DNA of 64,000 bases from a virus, in IMG/VR virus record IMGVR_UViG_3300043411_001170, positions 32,001 through 96,000 of that record, one strand, 5' to 3'. Below, in pieces: positions 19,033 to 28,610 of the stretch (position 1 is the first letter of the stretch; every line of letters starts with the position of its first letter). The notes under the pieces were generated by a model. The model was not told where the DNA came from and made no database searches. It saw nothing but the letters and a program-made list of their open reading frames with translations. The translations under genes were made by a program, and so were the position numbers.

Positions 19033-19257
19033 ATGGCAAAGAACGGATTGGAATTTCAAGCAACTATTTTGGAAGCATTTCCCAATGCATCATTTAAAGT
19101 AGAATTTATGCATGGGGAAACTAAAGCTCAAGCATTGTGTACTATTTCTGGAAAAATTCGGCTCCATCAGATTAAGATTATTCCAGGTGATAAAGTATTG
19201 ATCGATATTAGTGAATATGATCTGACAAAAGGACGGATCATTAGACGCTTAGTTTGA
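19033..19257 (+). CDS. infA: Translation initiation factor IF-1
   Basis: EAFPNASFKV...ISGKIRLHQIKIIPGDKVLIDISEYDLTKGRIIRR is a canonical IF-1 pattern. Confidence 0.95.
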   Translation: MAKNGLEFQATILEAFPNASFKVEFMHGETKAQALCTISGKIRLHQIKIIPGDKVLIDISEYDLTKGRIIRRLV

Positions 19258-19269
19258 CAATTTAACTAA

Positions 19270-19291
19270 AAGGGAACTGTAGAGTTCCCTT
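19270..19291 (+). terminator. Hairpin after infA
   Basis: AAGGGAACT-gtag-AGTTCCCTT, weak U-tract. Confidence 0.45.
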
Positions 19292-19314
19292 CATCTATTT
19301 TTTAGGGATTTAAT

Positions 19315-19701
19315 ATGTTTCAACCTGAACTTTTACGATTTCATTTAGATGTCAACGGAATCGTATTCTCTTATGACGAAAACGAAAATTTTGCAAAAGA
19401 AGAGAATTTATTTAATTATTTAAATAAATATCAAGATAAGGACATTAATTTCGGTTTAGCTATATTGGGAAAAGTAGATTTTTTCTCCGATGGTATTTTC
19501 CAGTATGATCACCTTTTAAATAAAATTACCTTAACGGAAAAAGATAAAGTATCTACATTCATGCTTAATGACTATGCAGGTATGTTCTGTACTTTTTTCG
19601 CTTCTCACAAATTTGAAGCAAAATCAGAAAATCCACGTATGTCTTCAGAAGAATTAAAGAAAAGCGTAGAGTTCTTAAAATCTATACTAGATAAGAAATA
19701 A
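19315..19701 (+). CDS. Hypothetical protein
   Basis: 128-aa ORF with AGGGA RBS. Confidence 0.7.
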   Translation: MFQPELLRFHLDVNGIVFSYDENENFAKEENLFNYLNKYQDKDINFGLAILGKVDFFSDGIFQYDHLLNKITLTEKDKVSTFMLNDYAGMFCTFFASHKFEAKSENPRMSSEELKKSVEFLKSILDKK

Positions 19702-19719
19702 AGTTTGACAGAGGTTTTT

Positions 19720-21330
19720 ATGTTTGAGCAAGAAGTTTTGGAATTAGTAACAAAAAACGAACAACTAGGTTCACTCTATGTGACAGTTGATTATATCATT
19801 AAAGGGATGGAACATAAGAATCTATCTACAGATGCTATCTTAGACATTCTTATGGCTCTTATTTCAAAGAAAGAGATTCATGTAGACTCTAGCTTTGGTA
19901 CTCCTTATAGAGTGTATAAAACAGAAACTTATATTAAAGAGAAATTTTGTTCTGATATTTTATTGAAAAGAAAATCTGAAATTAGTTCTGCATCTTATGA
20001 TTCCATCAGCATGTCTGATTTTAAAACTTTAATGCAACAGAGAGTAGATGATGAGGATGGTTTGCTAAGTTCTATGGAACTTACTGCATTACAGAAGCAA
20101 GCTATTGTAAATTCTTTGGTACATCCTGTGTCTATTATTACGGGTTATCCAGGTACAGGTAAAACGACGTGTCTTCGTGTACTGACAAATATATTGAAAA
20201 AGAATAATATAAATTTTTTGTTGCTAGCTCCTACAGGAATTGCTGCTAAAAGATTGTCTAATTTAACAGGGGCAAAAGCAAGTACTGTACATAGAGCATT
20301 TCAAGCTCAAGGAGAAATAGAGGACAGGGATTTTAGTTATGTCGGTATACAAAAAACAGTTCAAGAATCTGTTACTGATCAAGATTCTACATGGACGTGG
20401 GGTATTGAAGGAAGTCATTATCCAGCGGATATAGTAATCATAGATGAATCTTCTATGCTGGATACGAATTTATTATATCGTATTCTGATGTACACTAAAC
20501 CTCTATGTAGGGTTGTTTTGATAGGTGATCAAGAACAACTACCCTCTGTTGGTCCAGGGTCGGTATTAAAAGACTTAATAGCCTCAAATGCTTTTCCTGT
20601 GACAAGGTTTGAAGAGATATTTAGACAGGATGGTACAAGTCCGATTATTGTATCTGCTCATGATATAGTTAAGGGAAATTTTCCATCATCTGTTGATGGT
20701 GATTTTAAGTTCATAGAAATAAATGATGAGCAGGAAATATTAGACAAGGTTTTGGAAACTGTCTGTAACTTTTATAAAAATCAACTTAATTTCCAGGTGT
20801 TTTCTCCTAAACATGCTGGGTTATTAGGTGTTACGAACTTAAATTCTGAAATACGTGAGAAAATAAATAGTAAAAGTAATAAGAAGAAAGAATTTCAGAT
20901 TGATAAGTTTTCTTATGTGAGAGAAGGTGATCGTGTAATGGTGATTAAAAATCATTACAAAAATAATTTATTTAACGGTGATTTTGGTAAGGTCCATTTA
21001 ATAAATTTTTCTAAGAAAAGTATAGAAGTCAAGATCTTTGGCGATATTCCTAGAATATTCTCCTATAAAATAGAAGAGTTTTCTAAATATTTTAGATTAT
21101 GTTATGCTTGTACGGTACATAAGGCACAAGGATTGGAGATGGATACAATTATATTTCCAATCGTAAGAAGTCATGGCTTTATGTTACAGCGTAATCTTTT
21201 ATATACGGCTGTTACCAGAGCAAAGAAAAATGTGATATTGATAGGTCAGAGGGCAGCACTTCTTCAGGCTGTGCAAAATAACAGAGAAGATAAAAGAAAC
21301 ACCTCTTTACGAGAAAGACTTGGATCATAA
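19720..21330 (+). CDS. recD: RecD/RecD2-like SF1B DNA helicase
   Basis: Walker A ITGYPGTGKT, APTGIAAKRL, IIDESSM, IGDQEQLPSVGPG, TVHKAQG, LLYTAVTRAK. Confidence 0.9.
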   Translation: MFEQEVLELVTKNEQLGSLYVTVDYIIKGMEHKNLSTDAILDILMALISKKEIHVDSSFGTPYRVYKTETYIKEKFCSDILLKRKSEISSASYDSISMSDFKTLMQQRVDDEDGLLSSMELTALQKQAIVNSLVHPVSIITGYPGTGKTTCLRVLTNILKKNNINFLLLAPTGIAAKRLSNLTGAKASTVHRAFQAQGEIEDRDFSYVGIQKTVQESVTDQDSTWTWGIEGSHYPADIVIIDESSMLDTNLLYRILMYTKPLCRVVLIGDQEQLPSVGPGSVLKDLIASNAFPVTRFEEIFRQDGTSPIIVSAHDIVKGNFPSSVDGDFKFIEINDEQEILDKVLETVCNFYKNQLNFQVFSPKHAGLLGVTNLNSEIREKINSKSNKKKEFQIDKFSYVREGDRVMVIKNHYKNNLFNGDFGKVHLINFSKKSIEVKIFGDIPRIFSYKIEEFSKYFRLCYACTVHKAQGLEMDTIIFPIVRSHGFMLQRNLLYTAVTRAKKNVILIGQRAALLQAVQNNREDKRNTSLRERLGS

Positions 21331-21331
21331 T

Positions 21332-21655
21332 ATGTCTGATTTAGATATAAATATAAAGATTAGAGATACTTTATTAAAGATAAAAGATAATTTAAGTATT
21401 GCAAATATAAAAATAACGAAAACTAGAGGGTCATATATTTCTACATTTGAATTGGACTGTCAAGAAAATGACTCTTCAACAAATTTATTAAGTTTTCATT
21501 ATACATCCATGTTGATGGAGATAGCTCTTGTGAGGAATTGTTATGGATCTGGAGAAATACATAACCAAGAGCAGCTTACTCAGATACGGATTATAAAATC
21601 CAGGTATGCCGATATTTTTCGTGCTTTATGCACAGAAAAAGAAGAAAGCGAATAA
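21332..21655 (+). CDS. Hypothetical protein
   Basis: ORF in operon; ATG at 21332. Confidence 0.65.
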   Translation: MSDLDINIKIRDTLLKIKDNLSIANIKITKTRGSYISTFELDCQENDSSTNLLSFHYTSMLMEIALVRNCYGSGEIHNQEQLTQIRIIKSRYADIFRALCTEKEESE

Positions 21656-21683
21656 AAGATCTAATCTCAATTAGGGTTTTAAA

Positions 21684-22415
21684 ATGTCCGAAAATCAAAA
21701 TACAGACTTGTCAGATTCTCAGTTTCAAGAAGAGTTGGAAAAATATGCTGACAGTATTTATAGCAGCATCTCAAAATTAGAAGTAGAATTGGATCAAGAT
21801 CCATTAGTTCATGGTCCAGCAGCTTTAAATAAAAAAACAGCAGTGGCTAGAAATTTCCTAACGTCAGCTACACATATGCACATGGAAGTATCTAACCATT
21901 TACGATCTGCAAAACGACAATTAATTTACGAAGAAGGTATCCTTGATGCAAAAATTAAGGATATTGTCATTAATGATAAGACAGCTAGAGGGTACTCTTC
22001 TATCAAAGAAAGAGAATATTATGCCCAGCTACAACATAAAGAAGGAGTCATTAAACTTAATAACTTAAAACAATATGTTCAAAATCTTGAATTTCTATTA
22101 GAAGCTATTAAACTAAAAATAGCTGACCTAAAAGATGTTCAGGTACGTGTTCAAAATCAAGTTCGTCTATGTCAAGACGAACTCAGTACAGGAAATAAAT
22201 GGGGAAATCAAGCATCATCCTTGAAAGATGAAAAAAACGCTAATAAATATCTTGAGTTCAAGAAAAGTATCCAGCAGAGAAAAGATACTGAGATACTTAT
22301 TTCTAGTAAGGACAGCGGCTGTCCTATTCCAGAAATACTGTTACCTATGAATAACACTCAAGATTCTGCGTCTAATGACATATTAGACGATGTGGATGCA
22401 TTTTTAAACAGTTGA
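21684..22415 (+). CDS. Coiled-coil protein, possible recombination mediator (UvsY-like)
   Basis: Helical coiled coil with acidic tail DDVDAFLNS, directly upstream of SSB/RuvC/RecA; function inferred from context. Confidence 0.4.
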   Translation: MSENQNTDLSDSQFQEELEKYADSIYSSISKLEVELDQDPLVHGPAALNKKTAVARNFLTSATHMHMEVSNHLRSAKRQLIYEEGILDAKIKDIVINDKTARGYSSIKEREYYAQLQHKEGVIKLNNLKQYVQNLEFLLEAIKLKIADLKDVQVRVQNQVRLCQDELSTGNKWGNQASSLKDEKNANKYLEFKKSIQQRKDTEILISSKDSGCPIPEILLPMNNTQDSASNDILDDVDAFLNS

Positions 22416-22499
22416 TCGGTAGTATAAGTACAAGCAGCAAGTTTTAATTTCTAAACTTGTTGCAAGTAATCGCCAAAATCTAATATAGAAACCGAGGGC

Positions 22500-22583
22500 A
22501 GTTAGAAGCGTCAAAGAGAAAAAAACCTGTAAAGGTGAACCTCAAAAAGACAAAATTGCTTCTAACTTAGACCATGAGGTTCA
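22500..22583 (+). promoter_or_regulatory. RNA pseudoknot in the SSB 5' leader
   Basis: S1 22500-22509/22558-22567 (10 bp perfect); S2 22536-22544/22575-22583 (9 bp perfect); the stems cross. Confidence 0.65.
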
Positions 22584-22595
22584 ACGGAGAGAAAA

Positions 22596-23408
22596 ATGGC
22601 AACAACACTTAGTTTTGATGATCGTGACTTGCAATCTTCTGGTAAGACACCTTGGCTCAAGCTTGCTGATAGTAAGCCTGTGCGTGTCAGCTTTGCGAGT
22701 TTTGCCGTTGATAAGAACGGTGATCCTGTCTCTAAGGTCGATTCACAGAAAAAAACTCCTGTGTATCTTAAAGAAGGATCTGATGGGAAGTACGTTGACG
22801 AGCAAGGATTTGACGTTCCAAAGGAAAATGTAAAGGATGCATTTCCAGAAGTCGTCGAAGAACGTGGATATTTTATTAAAGGTGTTGGTTATATTACCGA
22901 AACACCTGATGTAAAAGAATACATGAGTGGAAAAGAATCTGAGCAAAGGTATGCTACTGTAGTTGTACAGTGGAATGTTCTCGATGACGAGAAGCCTAAG
23001 TCAACCAACGACTATACTGTATCTGTCTTCGGGTTTTCTGTAAAAGTTTTACAGAAGATTATTTTTAATAATAAGAAGTGGCCTATGGTGAAGTACGATG
23101 TCAACCTAAACAAAACAGGTAATGACATCACTCCTTCTCCAGAAAGTGATAATCTTTTTGTGTGGGTTCGTGAGAACAAACCAGAGCTTTTTGCAAAGCT
23201 TTGGGAATCCATTAAGAAGGTTAAACCTCAAGCACTTCCAACTCGCTCTATGGAATCGGAACAAATTAGGAAGAAATTGAATGGTGCTTCTGGAAGCACA
23301 GAAGAATCTTCCGATAAGAAACCGAAGCCACAAGTTGATACGTCCAAGGCGTCAAGAGAAATTGAGGGTAAACTCAATAATTTGACGGTAGAAGGTTTGC
23401 CATTCTAA
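22596..23408 (+). CDS. Putative single-stranded DNA-binding protein (gp32-like)
   Basis: WLKLADSKPVRVSF, YATVVVQW, YDVNLNKTG; flexible tail ending EGLPF; located before ruvC/recA; followed by its own terminator. Confidence 0.6.
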   Translation: MATTLSFDDRDLQSSGKTPWLKLADSKPVRVSFASFAVDKNGDPVSKVDSQKKTPVYLKEGSDGKYVDEQGFDVPKENVKDAFPEVVEERGYFIKGVGYITETPDVKEYMSGKESEQRYATVVVQWNVLDDEKPKSTNDYTVSVFGFSVKVLQKIIFNNKKWPMVKYDVNLNKTGNDITPSPESDNLFVWVRENKPELFAKLWESIKKVKPQALPTRSMESEQIRKKLNGASGSTEESSDKKPKPQVDTSKASREIEGKLNNLTVEGLPF

Positions 23409-23429
23409 CAATTAGTTAGAATAAACTAT

Positions 23430-23463
23430 AAGGCAGGATAATATCCTGCCTTTTTATTTTTTT
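23430..23463 (+). terminator. Intrinsic terminator
   Basis: AAGGCAGGATA-a-TATCCTGCCTT plus T tract. Confidence 0.8.
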
Positions 23464-23472
23464 GGTATCTAT

Positions 23473-24132
23473 ATGAAAGTATTAGGATTAGATCCTTCTT
23501 TTTCTAATTTTGGTTGGTGTACTATAGAAGATGAGAAAGATTTATTTAGTAATGTGACGATAGATAAAGGGAGGATTCGGTGGAAGGAGAAAACAGATGA
23601 GAGGGAATATGACTTTGTAGATAAATTTATCCTTTTGGAAAAGTATTTAAGATCTTTATTAGCTTCTACAAAGCCAGATTACATAGCAATAGAACAACCG
23701 ACATATGGTACTTCGTATGCTGAAGGTATGTACGCTCTTTTTATACAGAATATGAAGATTATAAAAGAGTTAAAATTTAATGTGTTAACCGTAGATAATA
23801 ATGAAACGAAGAGTCGTGTCCGAGATTATCTGAAGAAGGATGATAAATCAAAGGTTACTAAATCTGAGATTAAATTAGCTGCGAGAAAACATACTGGAAT
23901 TCAGAAGTGGACGGGCGATGAGGCAGATGCTTATTGGATTGGGCATTTAGGTATGAAGTTTTGGAAACTACAATCAGGTCAAATCACAGATGCTGATTTT
24001 GAACCTATTGATGTTGAACAAATTTCATGCTTTTCACTATTTGTAAAAGGTCCGAAGAAGGGTACACCTAAGAAAGTCGGACTGATTCACAGACCAAAAG
24101 ATCGTTATTTTATTTGGTCTACACAAGGGTAA
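23473..24132 (+). CDS. ruvC: RuvC-like Holliday junction resolvase
   Basis: VLGLDPSFSNFGW, IAIEQP, TKSEI, DEADA motifs. Confidence 0.85.
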   Translation: MKVLGLDPSFSNFGWCTIEDEKDLFSNVTIDKGRIRWKEKTDEREYDFVDKFILLEKYLRSLLASTKPDYIAIEQPTYGTSYAEGMYALFIQNMKIIKELKFNVLTVDNNETKSRVRDYLKKDDKSKVTKSEIKLAARKHTGIQKWTGDEADAYWIGHLGMKFWKLQSGQITDADFEPIDVEQISCFSLFVKGPKKGTPKKVGLIHRPKDRYFIWSTQG

Positions 24133-24136
24133 GAAT

Positions 24137-25333
24137 ATGGCTAGACCTACTTCATCTGGAATTAGTCCTCTTCAAAGGGGACTAGACGCTATAGTTGCTT
24201 TAAAAGGTAAAGATATTGTACCTGTAACTATTGATACGTCAAGCCTATCTAAAAGTAAAGCAGTTATTAATTCTGGATCTATCGAAATTAACTATGCTAT
24301 CGGCGGTGAACCTAATGATGCAGGTGTACCTCCCTGCCCTGGATATCCTAAAGGATGCCTCATTCAGATTTGGGGTGAAGAGTCGGCAGGTAAAACAACG
24401 CTCGTATTACATGCATGTGCAAGTTTGCATAGTGCAGGTGGTTGTGTTGTCTATATCGATTGGGAACACGTTCTTGACCTTAAATATGCAGAAGTATTAG
24501 GTGTTGAAGTTAGAGATCCAAGTAAATTCCTTCTATTCCAGCCCAATACATTAGAAGAGGGCATTACCATTGCCTCTGAAATGATTAAAGCAGGTGTAGA
24601 TGTTGTTGTATTTGACTCTGTTGGTGCAGGCACACCAGAAAAGACGTTTAATAACTTTATCGATGATCCTTCAGAGACAGATAATCAGACCATGCTATTG
24701 GCAAAAATTTGGAGCCAAAAGCTTCCAATGCTGACATCTATGGCTGAACAAAGCGGAACTACTATCTTTGCTATTTCTCAGCAAAGAGAAGCTGTTTCTA
24801 TGGGGTTCTCAAAATCCTTTGCACCTATCCCACCAAAACCTCAAGGTGGTAATGCTTTTAAGTTTTACTCTTCTCTTCGTATCTCTTTGAAGAAGTGCCT
24901 TGCACTAAAATGCAAAGTATATGATGCGTTGTTGGCAGAAAAGGTTGAAAAAGTCATCGGTTCAAAAGTCCGAATGACTATCCAGAAGAATAAATGGGCA
25001 CCAACAGCACAGAATTGCGTAGAATTCTATGTTATTTTTGGAAAAGGCATAGATAATACAAGATCTCTTGTTGATATTGGTATTGCTCATAAAATCATCG
25101 AAAAGAAAACAAAATCTTCGTTTGTTTGGTTCTTTGAGGGTGAGGAAATTAAAGTTAATGGTCAGGAAAAATTGGTTAAGTCCTTGATTCCTTCAGGAAG
25201 TAAGGAAGAAAGGGAGTTAGCTGTTAGGAAGCAGCAAGATCTTTGGAATCAGATTAAAGCAAAATTTAAGGTTCCAAAGGGTGAGTTGGAAGATCAAGAA
25301 GAATTTATCCTTACTCCAGATGACGTAGATTAA
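24137..25333 (+). CDS. recA: RecA recombinase
   Basis: IWGEESAGKTT, YIDWEH, VVFDSVGA, ISQQRE, GGNAFKFYSSLRI, KNK. Confidence 0.95.
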   Translation: MARPTSSGISPLQRGLDAIVALKGKDIVPVTIDTSSLSKSKAVINSGSIEINYAIGGEPNDAGVPPCPGYPKGCLIQIWGEESAGKTTLVLHACASLHSAGGCVVYIDWEHVLDLKYAEVLGVEVRDPSKFLLFQPNTLEEGITIASEMIKAGVDVVVFDSVGAGTPEKTFNNFIDDPSETDNQTMLLAKIWSQKLPMLTSMAEQSGTTIFAISQQREAVSMGFSKSFAPIPPKPQGGNAFKFYSSLRISLKKCLALKCKVYDALLAEKVEKVIGSKVRMTIQKNKWAPTAQNCVEFYVIFGKGIDNTRSLVDIGIAHKIIEKKTKSSFVWFFEGEEIKVNGQEKLVKSLIPSGSKEERELAVRKQQDLWNQIKAKFKVPKGELEDQEEFILTPDDVD

Positions 25334-25352
25334 TTTAATAGTTTAGAAAACT

Positions 25353-25374
25353 AAGCCCCGAATAGGGGCTTTTT
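25353..25374 (+). terminator. Intrinsic terminator
   Basis: AAGCCCC-gaata-GGGGCTT plus T tract. Confidence 0.75.
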
Positions 25375-25392
25375 ATATGGGGAATCGAAATT

Positions 25393-26598
25393 ATGATCAA
25401 AGTAAGAGTAAAGAATTTTCAATCTTTGGTTGATTGTGAGATGTTAATTGACGGATTCACAACATTAACAGGTAAAAATAACACAGGAAAATCAGCACTT
25501 ATACGTGCTATTTATTCTATGTTTACGAATCCTACTTATCTTCCTATAGCTAATGATATTACAAAACCTGTAGAAGTTGAGCTTACAGGTGATGGTTTTC
25601 ATATATTATGGAAGAAAAGTAAAACTGATAATATGTACGTTATTGATGGTGTAACTTACGAAAAAGTTGATAGAGATTTACCAGAGGCACTGAATAAAAT
25701 AGGTATTAACAGCATTAATATTAATGGTAAGACAATATTTCCACAGTTTGCTATGCAACTTACAGGGCAATTATTTTTAACCAATATGCCGGGTTCTTAT
25801 TTATCTGAGGCAGTGGCTGATACTGATTCTGTTCAGTTACTGACAGATGCGTATAAGTTATCAGAAAAATCCAGAAAAAACGCGACTTCTGAGTTAAAAA
25901 TAAGAAAGAAAGATCTAGTAGATACTAATAAAACATTAGCAAGCTACGACTCATTTTTTAGTATAAAAGACGAATTTGAAATATTAACGCAAGATAAGAG
26001 TGCTATTGATTTATTGACAGGCAAAATCAAAATTTTAAAAGATATATATACTAAGATTACTACTTGTAAGAACACACTTAGTAAATTAGTAAATGTTAAC
26101 AGTGTTATTTCTGATATGAAAGAACTAAAGTTTGATGATATCAATATACTTTTAGAAAAAAGAATAACAGTTACTGACTTGCTTAAGAATTATAGTATAA
26201 GAAAGAAGGAACTGAATTCCATAGAGGCATTTGATTCTAAGGTTGAATCCAATAATATCGAAAATCTTATTTTATGTGTTGGAGATATAAAGAAAGTATT
26301 TAATTCATATTTTGAGTTGTTATCCTTGCGATCAAAAATAGAAAATCAGAGGAAGGTATTAGACGAAATTCCAGATGTAGAAGATCCTGTTTCAGTGGAT
26401 GAAGTTAATAAATTAAAACAGCTATTTAATTTATTAACTTCTTTAAATTCTCTTATTATACAAAGAAGATTATTATCTAATGAAATATGTGATACGACGA
26501 ACAGTGTTGACAGATTGGTGACTGAACATAGTCAGATAAAAAAAGACATCGCAGTATTTTTGAAGCAGCAGGGAAAATGTCCTGTATGTTCTGTGTGA
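25393..26598 (+). CDS. SbcC/Rad50-like ATPase, N-terminal half (Walker A, coiled coil, zinc hook)
   Basis: VRVKNFQS, LTGKNNTGKSALIRAI, Q-loop FAMQ; ends GKCPVCSV; no Walker B. Confidence 0.85.
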   Translation: MIKVRVKNFQSLVDCEMLIDGFTTLTGKNNTGKSALIRAIYSMFTNPTYLPIANDITKPVEVELTGDGFHILWKKSKTDNMYVIDGVTYEKVDRDLPEALNKIGINSININGKTIFPQFAMQLTGQLFLTNMPGSYLSEAVADTDSVQLLTDAYKLSEKSRKNATSELKIRKKDLVDTNKTLASYDSFFSIKDEFEILTQDKSAIDLLTGKIKILKDIYTKITTCKNTLSKLVNVNSVISDMKELKFDDINILLEKRITVTDLLKNYSIRKKELNSIEAFDSKVESNNIENLILCVGDIKKVFNSYFELLSLRSKIENQRKVLDEIPDVEDPVSVDEVNKLKQLFNLLTSLNSLIIQRRLLSNEICDTTNSVDRLVTEHSQIKKDIAVFLKQQGKCPVCSV

Positions 26599-26707
26599 TA
26601 TTTTTTTGAGATTTTTTGCTATTATAGGTAATATGTAGATGCTTATTCGGATATGTTTACCGAATAATGTTTACATAAAATTGAAAGATTGAAAGAAAGG
26701 CTGAAAA

Positions 26708-27526
26708 ATGTCACTAACGAAAGAAGCAGTTATCGATATGCGTAAAGATTTAATTTTAGAATTGTTGGCCGACAATGCTGTGAAAGCAGAATATTTGGGT
26801 GATGGATTGGTTGATGGAAACCAATTCTTGTTGCCTTTTGAAGTAAGATCTTGGGAAAAGGACACCGTAGAAATTCCCCTTGGAATGCTACTCGGTGTTT
26901 TTATTTCTGATGATGATGTTGGGCTTGCTGAATTGAAAAAAGCTTTCTTTAAAAAAGCTAAGACAGTTCATTTCTCAAAAGCTTGCTTCGTAACTATTCC
27001 AAATTTTGCAGATGCAAAATTGGATGATGCTCTATCTATTGCTACAATGGTATCTGTATTACTTACGTTAGACGTAAATAATCAAGGATATAAATCAGTA
27101 GTATTAAATAGAGATCTAACCTATCAAGTATATAACGCTCAGAAATCACCTAAGAAAGTAGCGGATAAGAAGCCTTCTCAAAGGTCGGAAAATCCTAAAC
27201 ATTTTGATTACCGCCCTCGTGATAGTCAATTTTCAGAAAGTGATAGTAGAGATTCTCAGCCCCAACATGAAACCTGTGGGGAAATTAAAACTTATTTTGT
27301 AGATAGAGGATTTGGATTTGTCGTGTCAAATGATGGAACACAGACATTTTTCCATATTAATAATGTAAGCGACCCAGAACTCGCTGATTTTCTTGAATCT
27401 ACTAAGCCAGAAGATATTCAAAAGCGACACATTAAAGTGTTGTGTAAAAGACGCAAGGATGCGGGTGTAAAGTATCATACAGCCATTTCTATTGAAATGA
27501 CTACACCATATCCACTGTTTAAATAA
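26708..27526 (+). CDS. Protein with C-terminal cold-shock (OB-fold) domain
   Basis: GEIKTYFVDRGFGFV...TFFHINNV matches CSD RNP1/RNP2. Confidence 0.75.
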   Translation: MSLTKEAVIDMRKDLILELLADNAVKAEYLGDGLVDGNQFLLPFEVRSWEKDTVEIPLGMLLGVFISDDDVGLAELKKAFFKKAKTVHFSKACFVTIPNFADAKLDDALSIATMVSVLLTLDVNNQGYKSVVLNRDLTYQVYNAQKSPKKVADKKPSQRSENPKHFDYRPRDSQFSESDSRDSQPQHETCGEIKTYFVDRGFGFVVSNDGTQTFFHINNVSDPELADFLESTKPEDIQKRHIKVLCKRRKDAGVKYHTAISIEMTTPYPLFK

Positions 27527-27556
27527 AACTAGAAAAAACTAGTATTTATAGATACG

Positions 27557-27584
27557 AAGGCCAGATAGCTATCTGGCCTTTTTT
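27557..27584 (+). terminator. Intrinsic terminator
   Basis: Perfect palindrome AAGGCCAGATAGCTATCTGGCCTT plus T tract. Confidence 0.8.
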
Positions 27585-27608
27585 ATTACTAAAAGGATAT
27601 AAATACTT

Positions 27609-28610
27609 ATGCCTATAAAACTTCTGTGGCGAACAGATATGCATTGTTCAGATAGAACCCCGTCATATAGAACAGATAATTGGATGGAGGTTATATCTGA
27701 TAAGCTAATGCAGATAAGTAGGATTGTAAATAAAGAGGAAATCGATGCGGTTATTGACGGTGGAGATGTGTTTGATAAGAAATCTCCGTCTATGAACTCA
27801 CATAGTATGGTTAGACAGTTAGCTGATATCCATAATAAATTCTATAATTGTAAAGTCTATTGTAATGTTGGAAATCATGATTGTGTTTATGGTGATATAG
27901 CTCACATTGATTCACAGCCGTTGGGAGTTTTATTTTCTACAGGTGTATTCAAAAGACTTTATTATGAGAATGAATTGGTTCTTATTAAAGACGGAATCAA
28001 AGTTAGAGTAGTAGGTGTACCATATCACGGCGTAAAATATGATTTAGAAAAATTAAATATTAAAAAGGGAGACGAAGACTATTTAGTTATCAATGCTCAT
28101 CTACTTGCGTCGAAGCAAGGTGGGTCAATGTTTGAGTCCGAAGATATCGTATCATATGATTATCTTTCTGAATTAGATGCAGATGTATGGTGTTTTGGTC
28201 ATTGGCATAAAGATCAAGGGATTACAGAGATTGCTTCTAATAAATATGTGGTAAATGTTGGGAGTTTGACGAGAGGATCTATTGCAGAGGATCACCTAAC
28301 AAGATCTCCTTGTGTAGTGAATTTAATTTTTTCTAAGTCAGGGATTAAAATAAATCGAATAGATTTGGAAGTAAAACCTGCTTCAGTTTGTTTTGATATC
28401 GAAAGAAAAGAGAGTGTCACTGATAAAAAGCAGTTTATAGATAACTTTGTTAATATATTGAAGAATTCTAAATTCAAAACAGATCGGTCTAGTATCTATG
28501 ATAATATAAGATCTTGGTATAATAATAGTGATGCTCATAAGGATTATATTGACGTGGTTAAAGAAAGAGCGATAATTCTTGTAGAAGAGGCGGAAAAAAA
28601 TGCTCGATGA
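27609..28610 (+). CDS. sbcD: SbcD/Mre11-like metallophosphoesterase nuclease
   Basis: TDMH, GGDVFD, VGNHD, AH, FGHWH, NVGSL. Confidence 0.85.
   Translation: MPIKLLWRTDMHCSDRTPSYRTDNWMEVISDKLMQISRIVNKEEIDAVIDGGDVFDKKSPSMNSHSMVRQLADIHNKFYNCKVYCNVGNHDCVYGDIAHIDSQPLGVLFSTGVFKRLYYENELVLIKDGIKVRVVGVPYHGVKYDLEKLNIKKGDEDYLVINAHLLASKQGGSMFESEDIVSYDYLSELDADVWCFGHWHKDQGITEIASNKYVVNVGSLTRGSIAEDHLTRSPCVVNLIFSKSGIKINRIDLEVKPASVCFDIERKESVTDKKQFIDNFVNILKNSKFKTDRSSIYDNIRSWYNNSDAHKDYIDVVKERAIILVEEAEKNAR

Noticed and set aside
19254-19285. TTGACA at the end of infA as a sigma70 promoter
   Set aside because: No acceptable -10 box at 16-18 bp spacing
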